This document shows, one piece after another, positions 1-6,898 of a DNA stretch of 32,000 nucleotides. Every line of letters starts with the position of its first letter. The stretch's first letter is position 1. The stretch spans positions 39,152 through 71,151 of the forward strand of contig BTVY01000036.1 in assembly GCA_045863335.1 (NCBI GenBank). Direction: 5' to 3'. The DNA is from Candidatus Hydrogenedentota bacterium (GTDB lineage Bacteria; Hydrogenedentota; Hydrogenedentia; Hydrogenedentales; SLHB01). Position numbers and translations under genes: made by a program. The notes under the pieces were generated by a model that ran no database searches, had not been told where the DNA came from, and saw only the letters and a list, made by a program, of their open reading frames with translations.

Positions 1-1
1 C

Positions 2-1840
2 CGCCACATCCGCGAAGGATCGAACCGAGATCTGTTGATCGATAAACGCCTGATCCCGCAAGAGACGAATTAGGCCCCTCTCGCGACCCTGGTCCACGTG
101 CCAAATACCAAAGCATGGCTCCAGAATCTCGCGGCTTAGAAGCGGAGAAAGAGGATCCTGTTGATTGGACGGGACGGGCTCGCGAGAACCACCACGCATC
201 AGCCCACCGACCGGTTGCGTCCGCCCCATGGACTCGCGTGGAGCCCTGTTTTGGCGGTCGGAAACCGTCGGATTGGGAGTGCGTTCGCCCAAGTACACAT
301 CGATGGAGGGGAGAAGTCGCCGCAACCCGCTCGTTTCAGATCGTGCTCTCGAAACGGTACGCAGTTCCATCCATGTGGACTCGGGCTTGTCGGGATCAGT
401 CAACGCCAGGGTCAGGCCATTCTTTTTGTCAACCAGACTGTCCCACGTGCACGAGTATAGGCCGGGGTCTGCTGCATGCTCGGCAACGAATTGACCGCGA
501 ATACGTGCCCGCGGCGAGGCGAGTTCAGAGACGCCGGCAGCGCGATCGGGCAGCGCGACACCAAATTGCGCGTACTCCAGCGCGCCTGCCGCATCGAGCT
601 TGTCAAAAAGACCATCACCAAGTAATGGCCACCGGGTGTACAACTCCTCCGCCTCCGCTTTGAGCACCGAGTATTTCGCTAGCGTGTCCTCGTCCATCGC
701 GTGACGGAGGGACACGCGGCTAGCCATTGCGGGGTCGTATTCTTCGCGATCGTCATCTTCAGGAAAGTAAGGTGTATCCGTTGCCGCTTCAGAATCTGGC
801 TCCCGATGCGAATCGAGCTTTCCGAAGGCGGCATTGGCGTGTCGCAATCGTTCGGCGTCGAACTGGTACCGCGCCGCCAGCCGGTGGAGGTAGGCACGAA
901 GTATCACAGGATCGTGGGATGTGGCCAGGGCGGCCGGTCCGGTTCTCATGCAGTCGATAGCACGGCCGAGCAAGTTACCGATATCGGCAAGGTCATCGGA
1001 GTCGGCGTATTGTTGCAGGATTGGAAGTACCTGCTCTATACACTCGAACAACGAAAGTGCACCTTTCGTGGTAGAAGCCGTGCAGGTGCCGTCAAAATCA
1101 CGATTGAACGCCAGCGCGGCAGCGTGAATATCTTCAAAATGGGGGATTTCTTCCCATTGAAGTCCTGCTTCAATGGCGGCCACCATGAGCGTAAGCCAGC
1201 CGAAACCGAGCGACACGCTCAGGGGCGATCGACTGCACCCGGCACTGGTCGCGATTTGAAGACGGCACCGTCCGGAACTTTGTACATTCTTATAGGAAAA
1301 CAGGCTTTGAAGGGTTCGGCATTCGACGTGGGCTGACCAGCACGGCTCCAGCGAACCGAAACGAAGTGCGCCGGCGCCGTGGAAGGGCAATCCGATTACA
1401 TACAGGGTCCGGAGGTTTTCCGAAATCATGGGCAGGTGTGGCGAGCGAAGGTCGATATTGAAATGCGTGCCGAACGTTTTTCCGGTTGCGTAGCAGGCGC
1501 CCCCGCACGACATCTCGAGAGTCAAGCGCGGGTCGCTTGTACGTAGCATTCCATCGACTGTCTCGTAGACCCACTGCCTCAATCGGAGATGCTCCGTAAC
1601 CGCACCGCGGTTGGAGTGGGTCTCGGCGGTCCGAAGTTCGATCTTCTCACAGTCCCAGCCAACCGAAGCGCCGGACGGAAGGAAGCAGCCGTTGCCTCGC
1701 AGGGCCGGCAGGTTCGGCGTGCTGTCCATCAATCGCCCCACCAGCTCTTGCACGCACAAGGATGGAACCAGGCGGTGACCCTGGCTATGCACGGTCACCA
1801 CCTGTTCCTGCTCTGTACCGCGGTACCGCAATTGCGACAC
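2..1840 (-). CDS. PafA/Dop-family Pup ligase/depupylase-like protein (glutamine-synthetase-like fold); 3' end runs off the left edge of the window
   Basis: Absent from the ORF track because no stop lies inside the window. I read all plus-strand triplets starting at 2,5,8... and found no tta/cta/tca until tta at 1853-1855, so about 613 minus-strand codons are open. GTG start at 1840 is preceded by AGAGGGA. The translation (VSQLRYRGTEQEQVV.. GNGCFLPSGASVGWDCEKIELRTAE.. GKTFGTHFNIDL.. GLPFHGAGAL.. RCRLQIATSAG.. SPRARIRGQFV) lines up in order with mycobacterial PafA motifs recalled from memory (GIETEFG; FLxNGARLYLDxGSHPEYATxE; GNSYGCHENY; QLICGAG; RRLHVIVGDS; TTRARLRGEF). Confidence 0.7.
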   Translation of the reverse strand, partial: MSQLRYRGTEQEQVVTVHSQGHRLVPSLCVQELVGRLMDSTPNLPALRGNGCFLPSGASVGWDCEKIELRTAETHSNRGAVTEHLRLRQWVYETVDGMLRTSDPRLTLEMSCGGACYATGKTFGTHFNIDLRSPHLPMISENLRTLYVIGLPFHGAGALRFGSLEPCWSAHVECRTLQSLFSYKNVQSSGRCRLQIATSAGCSRSPLSVSLGFGWLTLMVAAIEAGLQWEEIPHFEDIHAAALAFNRDFDGTCTASTTKGALSLFECIEQVLPILQQYADSDDLADIGNLLGRAIDCMRTGPAALATSHDPVILRAYLHRLAARYQFDAERLRHANAAFGKLDSHREPDSEAATDTPYFPEDDDREEYDPAMASRVSLRHAMDEDTLAKYSVLKAEAEELYTRWPLLGDGLFDKLDAAGALEYAQFGVALPDRAAGVSELASPRARIRGQFVAEHAADPGLYSCTWDSLVDKKNGLTLALTDPDKPESTWMELRTVSRARSETSGLRRLLPSIDVYLGERTPNPTVSDRQNRAPRESMGRTQPVGGLMRGGSREPVPSNQQDPLSPLLSREILEPCFGIWHVDQGRERGLIRLLRDQAFIDQQISVRSFADVA

Positions 1841-1852
1841 GTCGGTTCCCTC

Positions 1853-2053
1853 TTACTCGCCGCCGGAGTAACGACGGCTCTGAACGAATTCCCTGCTCTT
1901 GCCCGACATCGATTCGTCGACGACATCCATGCCCTTTTTCAGCAGATCTTCCGTTCGCGCATTGTTTGGATTGATCTCGGCGCCGAGGTCCACCGATTCC
2001 GTACCTCCTGTCGACTGTTGCATGCAGTTTGGTTCCATCAGGGTTTTGCTCAT
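1853..2053 (-). CDS. pup: Pup/UBact-family prokaryotic ubiquitin-like small protein (66 aa, C-terminal GGE)
   Basis: Internal ATG at 2053 of track ORF 1853..2107, with a strong RBS (AAGGAG, 6-nt spacer). Sequence MSKTLMEPNCMQQSTGGTESVDLGAEINPNNARTEDLLKKGMDVVDESMSGKSREFVQSRRYSGGE is small and polar, probably disordered. Its C-terminal half resembles Pup (..DDLLDEIDDVLEENAEDFVRAYVQKGGQ), and it ends in Gly-Gly-Glu. It lies directly upstream of a PafA/Dop-like gene. Confidence 0.7.
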   Translation of the reverse strand: MSKTLMEPNCMQQSTGGTESVDLGAEINPNNARTEDLLKKGMDVVDESMSGKSREFVQSRRYSGGE

Positions 2054-2244
2054 AGATAACTCCTTTTCCTTTGGATCGGCCGGCGCGCGTCCGTTGGTCC
2101 GCCACAACCGGTAGCGGCGGCTACGCCCGGCGAAGAAATGAGCAATCGCTGTGCCAGCATGGCATCGGGCTGAAGTTGTTGGAAATACTCCCGAGCGGGC
2201 TGCAGGCGGGACGGCGGATGGTTGAGTTTTGCTCGGTGAGTTAC

Positions 2245-2259
2245 TGGCATGCAGCCTGC
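2245..2259 (+). promoter_or_regulatory. Candidate sigma-54 (-24/-12) promoter upstream of the AAA+ regulator gene
   Basis: cTGGCATgcagcCTGCc matches TGGCAC-N5-TTGC with correct GG/GC spacing and two mismatches. It sits 66 nt upstream of the ATG at 2325. Motif match only. Confidence 0.3.
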
Positions 2260-2324
2260 CATTCCGTTGATTTAATTGGGATCTGCCGCTAGTATTGGGA
2301 AACTCAACTGGCTGCGGGGGCAGT

Positions 2325-3998
2325 ATGGAATACGCCGTTCTGGAATGCCGGCAAGAAGGACGAGAGCGCGTCTACCGTGCGACGCACGTAGATGCCGCCC
2401 ACGTCTTGCAGTGCGCGCGTGAGGGCCGCTTGAGCCTTTTTTACATCAGTGAGTCTCACGCTTCCGATCTTCAGAATACGGTACCGAAAATCCGGGACAT
2501 GGGCCGGAAACTTGCCGGAAAAGAATTGTCGCGGTATCTGGCCAAACTTGCGGAAAACGAAGTCGGAATTCTGAAAGGCGCGTACGACAGCACGCGGCAA
2601 CTGAAGCGGAGCGTGAGTGACGCGGTCAGGAAGTGCCACGAGCAACAACACGCGATCGTAGCCTTCATCACGCTGAAGCCGGCGCTGTTCGCTCAGGCGT
2701 GGAAAAAGGAAACCGCCAACGCCTCTCGCGACGACCGCATCGAAGCACGGGACTTGGAGTCTCCGGTTGAACGGACACTGCGCACCTTGGGCGAGATGGA
2801 CGTTCCGGAGAGTCTTGTCAAAGCGTATATTGGCAATTCGCCGTCAATCCGGCTGGTCCGCCAACTCATTCTCCGCGCAAGCGAACATGCCTACCCGGTG
2901 CTGATCCAGGGTGAATCGGGAACCGGCAAAGAGATAATCGCGCGCAGCATTCATGACTTGAGCCGTGACCACGGCCGCGGCCCGGAATTCCGGCCCATCA
3001 ATTGCAGCGCCATTTCCCCGTTCCTGTTGGAGTCAGAGTTGTTCGGGCATCTCAAAGACTCCTCGGATCGCGCGACCAAAGACCGCGACGGGCTATGGAA
3101 ATCCGCCAATAATGGCACGATCTTTCTCGATGAAATCGGGGACCTCAACCTGGACCAACAAGCAAAGATACTGCGGGTTCTAGACACGAACGCGGTGAAG
3201 CCGGTCGGCTCTGACGAGGAAGTTCCGGTGCGCGCCCGCGTGATCAGCGCGACCAATCGTGACCTCTATAGCATGATCCGCGACGGCCGTTTCCGGGAAG
3301 ACCTGTTCTTCCGTCTGAGCGTAATCCCCATTCAAACCCCGCCGTTGCGGGAACATCCCGAAGATATCCCGGTCATTGCACGTTGGCTGTGGACGGACAT
3401 CGCCGGGAAATCGGCGCCTTCGCTTTCGGGTGACATTCTGGCCTGCCTCAGCGAATACACGTGGCCAGGAAACGTGCGAGAACTAAAATCCATTCTGTCT
3501 TCGCTACGCGGATATTTCGGCGTCCGCGCCCGGACCCGGGATCAGTTTGAGACGGTCATGTTTCTCAAAGGGAAGCCTGCAGCCATTGCGACTCCCCCCA
3601 CCGCGCGACAATCGGCAACCCGCTCACGGGCCGAATCGTTCCAACATCTCCAACGGGTCGACGGCGTGCTGCGGGGCATCGAAGTCTTTCTGAAAGCGTT
3701 AAACGGCCGCCGCGCGATTCGGGATACGATGGACGCGCAAACCGCGCTCGGCGAGCGGCACCGCGAGCTGGCACATCTGTGTCAGAAACCTTTGCTGTTC
3801 GTGTCGCCCAAGACGTTTGACGCGGTTTACGGCGCCTGCGGGAAGATCGCGTATCTTTTGGATTCCCTGCAGACCGATTCTACGTCGTCGCCGCGACTTG
3901 CAACGCGGCAACTGGCCAAGGAAGTTCAAACTACGCGCGCCAAGGTGCAAAAACAGATTGACGGGCTCATGCCGAAACCGCGAAACCAGCGGAGCTAG
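2325..3998 (+). CDS. NtrC-family (bacterial enhancer-binding protein type) AAA+ ATPase/regulator with degenerate GAFTGA loop
   Basis: ATG at 2325 (GGGGG 5 nt upstream) inside track ORF 2295..3998. Motifs: VLIQGESGTGKE (Walker A), GTIFLDEIGDL (Walker B), GRFREDLFFRLSV, PPLREHPEDIP. The position of GAFTGA reads DSSDRA (3057-3074). A possible C-terminal HTH is ATRQLAKEVQTTRAKVQKQI. The N-terminal ~190 aa has no motif I recognise. Confidence 0.85.
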   Translation: MEYAVLECRQEGRERVYRATHVDAAHVLQCAREGRLSLFYISESHASDLQNTVPKIRDMGRKLAGKELSRYLAKLAENEVGILKGAYDSTRQLKRSVSDAVRKCHEQQHAIVAFITLKPALFAQAWKKETANASRDDRIEARDLESPVERTLRTLGEMDVPESLVKAYIGNSPSIRLVRQLILRASEHAYPVLIQGESGTGKEIIARSIHDLSRDHGRGPEFRPINCSAISPFLLESELFGHLKDSSDRATKDRDGLWKSANNGTIFLDEIGDLNLDQQAKILRVLDTNAVKPVGSDEEVPVRARVISATNRDLYSMIRDGRFREDLFFRLSVIPIQTPPLREHPEDIPVIARWLWTDIAGKSAPSLSGDILACLSEYTWPGNVRELKSILSSLRGYFGVRARTRDQFETVMFLKGKPAAIATPPTARQSATRSRAESFQHLQRVDGVLRGIEVFLKALNGRRAIRDTMDAQTALGERHRELAHLCQKPLLFVSPKTFDAVYGACGKIAYLLDSLQTDSTSSPRLATRQLAKEVQTTRAKVQKQIDGLMPKPRNQRS

Positions 3999-4028
3999 GA
4001 ACTGAGGGGATAGCTGGGGTCGGCGTTT

Positions 4029-4048
4029 GGAGTTCCGGCTTCAGCCGG
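4029..4048 (-). repeat. REP-like hairpin motif, copy 1 (inverted orientation)
   Basis: ggagttCCGGCttcaGCCGG is the reverse complement of CCGGCtgaaGCCGGaactcc. It has the same hairpin-plus-AACTCC architecture as copies 2 and 3. Confidence 0.5.
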
Positions 4049-4080
4049 TTTGTATTCCCGAGCTTCACGCGCGCACGGGA

Positions 4081-4100
4081 CCGCGTGAACGCGGAACTCC
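4081..4100 (+). repeat. REP-like hairpin motif, copy 2
   Basis: CCGCGtgaaCGCGGaactcc: 5-bp stem, 4-nt loop, then the AACTCC tail. It lies 25 nt upstream of the transposase ATG. Confidence 0.5.
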
Positions 4101-4125
4101 GAACGCGGTCCGGGTAGTTTGACCC

Positions 4126-4747
4126 ATGTCACAGCCGGAATACTGTTGGCGTCGGCTCACGACCAAACAGCGCGAGGAGCTGCTGGCCTGGCGCAAGGAA
4201 CGCGGGCATCCGTGGCACTCGCCGCCGCATCGTCCGAATTCCGGCCATGATCGCTTCCACGTCACCGCCGCGTGCTATGAGCATCGGGCTTTCATCGGCC
4301 ACAGCCCAGAGCGCATGGACACGTTTTCACGCAATTTGCTGGCCGTGTTCGCGTCGCACGCCAGCCAGACGTTCGCATGGTGTGTGCCTGCCAAATCATT
4401 ATCACGCGCTGGTCGAAGCGGCGGACGTACTCAGTCTGTTGCGTGCGTTGGGAAAACTGCACGGGCGCACGTCGTATACCTGGAACGGCGAAGAGAATTC
4501 GCGGGGGCGCAAAGTCTTCTTCCGCGCTGCCGAGCGCGCGATGCGTTCGGATCGGCACTATTGGGCCACGCTGAATTACGTTCATCACAACCCGGTACAT
4601 CACCACTACGTTGAGCGCTGGACAGACTGGCCGTGGAGTAGCGCGCGGGAGTATCTCGCGCAGACCGATCCTGAAGAAGCTAAGCGAACCTGGCGCGAAT
4701 ACCCGCTCGGCGATTACGGCAAGGGATGGGATGACGCGGAGATGTAG
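4126..4747 (+). pseudogene. RAYT/IS200-like Y1 (HUH) transposase, interrupted by a +1 frameshift
   Basis: Track ORFs 4126..4614 and 4247..4747 (different frames) together give one protein. Frame 1 reads ..WHSPPHRPNSGHDRFHVTAACYEHRAFIG..ASQTFAWCV. Frame 2 continues LPNHYHALVE (HUH), GRTSYTWNGEENSRGRKVF, DRHYWATLNYVHHNPV (Tyr region), WPWSS. The frame switch is needed near 4384-4390 (tgtgtg-c-ctgcca). A sequencing error cannot be excluded. Confidence 0.75.
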
Positions 4748-4771
4748 TGTGGAGCATTCGTGCGACCCGAG

Positions 4772-4791
4772 CCGCCTAAAGGCGGAACTCC
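4772..4791 (+). repeat. REP-like hairpin motif, copy 3
   Basis: CCGCCtaaaGGCGGaactcc lies 25 nt downstream of the transposase stop and has the same architecture as copy 2. Confidence 0.5.
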
Positions 4792-4890
4792 AAGCAATTC
4801 TTATTTGCACTACTTGACCCGCAGTCCATACCATTGCCTCGACGTGGGGTGGGTGTCGCGACTGCGGCTCGACAAGTGTGAGGGATCGAG

Positions 4891-6768
4891 ATGGCTGTGG
4901 AATCCGGGGACAGCAAGGCGACTGATTTATCCTCTTTCGCGCTTTTACCCAACGCAATTCCATATGAACTTCGCATCGGTGTAACCGGCCACCGGAAGCT
5001 TGCGGACCTAGATGCAGTGCGCCGGGCGGTGGATAGGTCGTTGGACCACATCCAACACGTCCTGGAGTCTGCGGCGGCGCAGCCCCACGGGGCGGAAGCG
5101 GGCGGACAGACGTGGAGCAAATGGTTTGACCAGGCTTTGCTGGCGGCGTTGCGGATGGTGTGGCGAGAGGTTCCGCCTTCGCCGGCAGTCGTGGATCCCT
5201 CCATGCGGACGCCGTTGCGGTGGTGCGCGGTGTCGGCGCTGGCGCAGGGGGCGGATGCCATCGTGGCGGAGGCGGTGCTGGCGCGGGCGGAATCGCGGTT
5301 GCGGGCGATCCTTCCGTTTGACGCCGACGAATACGGCACGGATTTCACGAGCCCGGAACATCTCGATACCTTTCATCGTTTGCTCGCGCGCGATCCCGGT
5401 GCGCGTGTGGTCGGTACGGTTGATGGTACGAAAGCGACCCGCAACCGCCTGTACCGCGAAGCGGGGGAGGCGGTGATTCACGGGTGCGACATCCTGATTG
5501 CGATCTGGGACGGCGAACCGGCGAAGGGCGAAGGCGGCACTGGGGACATCGTCCAGCATGCCTTGGAACATGGCCGGTTGACACTCTGGGTTAATGCGAA
5601 GAACCCAGACTCGCCGGTTAAACGGCTCGTGCCGCGCAGCGAGATCGAACGCGAGTCGGCAAAACCGATCCCGTGGACGACCGCCGAAGTCCCCGCGACA
5701 GCCAAAGCGTTGAGCCTTGGGTTCCACCAGATCTCCGCGTACAACCGGGACCTGGCGGTCGGCACGGACGCAGTCGCGGAGACGTTTGCGAAAAAACGCA
5801 CTACGATGCTGGAGGCGGCCCGGAAAAGCAACCTGCCCGAAACGGCGCTCGGGGAAGGGACCTGGACCGCGCTGGCCCAGTATTGTCGTGCCGATCAACT
5901 CGCCCTGCGCTACCAATCGCTTCACCTCCGTAGTGCGAAGGGGCTGTACCAACTCGCCGCGTTCGGCGTCACCGTCTCCGTAATTCAAGTCCTGTTCTTT
6001 CCCGCCTGGTACGGACTCGTCGCGCTGGAAGTCGCCGCCATGCTGGCCGTACTCATCATCCTGCGCATCTCGCGAAAGGAAAACTGGCACGAGAAGTGGC
6101 TGCACGACCGCCACTTTGCCGAGCGCTTGCGCGGCCGGATGTATCTCGACCTGCTTGGCGAAGACTCCGCGCCAGGCGACGCGCGGGCGGCTGCATCGCT
6201 GGCATTCTATAGCCGGCCCGCGGACTGGGTGACGCTGGCTTTTGCGAATCTGGAACCGCCGTCGACTCGGCCCGCTCAGAGCGGTGCGGAATGGATCGCA
6301 CTCCGCGATTTCATTTACGCAAACTGGGTCAACGCCCAGGCGAAGTACCACATCGACAATGCGGAACGGAAGGTGGGGCCGCCAAAACGCACCCACTGGA
6401 TCGGGGCGGGGTTATTCACCGCGACGCTGTTGGCAGCGCTGTTGCACGCCATCGGCGTGGGTCACGGCTCCCACGGAGACCACCACGGCATCTCCACCGT
6501 CACGGCGCTCCTATTTGCGACGACCGTGCTGCTTCCCCTCTGGGGCGCAACCTTGCACGCCATCGACACCCTGCACGATTGGCACCGCATCGCCAGCCGT
6601 TCCGAACGCATGGGCCGCCAGCTCCAGAACGTCGCTGAGGGTCTCAAGAATGCCGCGACTCCAGAAGAAATTCGGCGCCAGGTCCGCACGGCCTACGAGA
6701 TCATGGCCACCGAAAACCAGGAATGGGCCGCGTCGCTGGCCTTCCGTGGACCGACTTTGCCTGCGTAG
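4891..6768 (+). CDS. SLOG-like Rossmannoid domain fused to two SLATT-like 2-TM modules (4 TM helices)
   Basis: ATG with GAGGGA RBS. The N-domain has YpsA/LOG-type signatures: RIGVTGHR, SALAQGADAIVAEAVL, RAILPF, DILIAIWDGEPAKGEGGTGDIV. TM pair 1 (LYQLAAFGVTVSVIQVLFF / WYGLVALEVAAMLAVLIIL) is followed by ENWHEKWLHDRHFAERLRGRMYL. TM pair 2 (WIGAGLFTATLLAALLHAIGV / TALLFATTVLLPLWGATLHAI) is followed by LHDWHRIASRSERMGRQL. The domain names are assigned from remembered family patterns, not from a search. Confidence 0.6.
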   Translation: MAVESGDSKATDLSSFALLPNAIPYELRIGVTGHRKLADLDAVRRAVDRSLDHIQHVLESAAAQPHGAEAGGQTWSKWFDQALLAALRMVWREVPPSPAVVDPSMRTPLRWCAVSALAQGADAIVAEAVLARAESRLRAILPFDADEYGTDFTSPEHLDTFHRLLARDPGARVVGTVDGTKATRNRLYREAGEAVIHGCDILIAIWDGEPAKGEGGTGDIVQHALEHGRLTLWVNAKNPDSPVKRLVPRSEIERESAKPIPWTTAEVPATAKALSLGFHQISAYNRDLAVGTDAVAETFAKKRTTMLEAARKSNLPETALGEGTWTALAQYCRADQLALRYQSLHLRSAKGLYQLAAFGVTVSVIQVLFFPAWYGLVALEVAAMLAVLIILRISRKENWHEKWLHDRHFAERLRGRMYLDLLGEDSAPGDARAAASLAFYSRPADWVTLAFANLEPPSTRPAQSGAEWIALRDFIYANWVNAQAKYHIDNAERKVGPPKRTHWIGAGLFTATLLAALLHAIGVGHGSHGDHHGISTVTALLFATTVLLPLWGATLHAIDTLHDWHRIASRSERMGRQLQNVAEGLKNAATPEEIRRQVRTAYEIMATENQEWAASLAFRGPTLPA

Positions 6769-6842
6769 CCCGCGTATTCTGGGCGACTATCGCGCCGCAG
6801 CGAAGCGTCGAGCGGAATGCCCGGCGAAATTCGATTTCGAGA

Positions 6843-6851
6843 TGCTATAAT
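6843..6851 (+). promoter_or_regulatory. Candidate extended -10 promoter element (TGcTATAAT) for the ribokinase-like/AAA+/RyR gene
   Basis: tgcTATAAT lies 48 nt upstream of the ATG at 6899. The -35 is poor (cggcga). Motif only. Confidence 0.35.
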
Positions 6852-6898
6852 GGCCGACCGGGGTCACGAACAGCGTTTTGGGACGGTGGGGATTCATC

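Noticed and set aside
1-30. tRNA T-arm-like string ggatcgaacc near the window start
   Set aside because: It is an isolated 10-mer inside the PafA-like coding frame, with no acceptor or anticodon arms around it.
115-2114. Plus-strand track ORFs 115..663, 701..1336, 1589..2059 and others
   Set aside because: They have Arg/Pro/Gly-rich nonsense composition and no motifs. They lie antisense to a 613-codon open minus-strand frame with clear PafA-like motifs, so they are shadow ORFs.
4292-4963. 223-aa minus-strand ORF antisense to the RAYT transposase
   Set aside because: No motifs. The plus strand contains the HUH and Tyr motifs of the Y1 transposase.
5008-6396. 462-aa minus-strand ORF antisense to the SLOG-SLATT gene
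   Set aside because: It is extremely Arg-rich with no recognisable domain, which is typical of an antisense open frame in GC-rich coding DNA. The plus-strand frame has TM helices and SLOG motifs.
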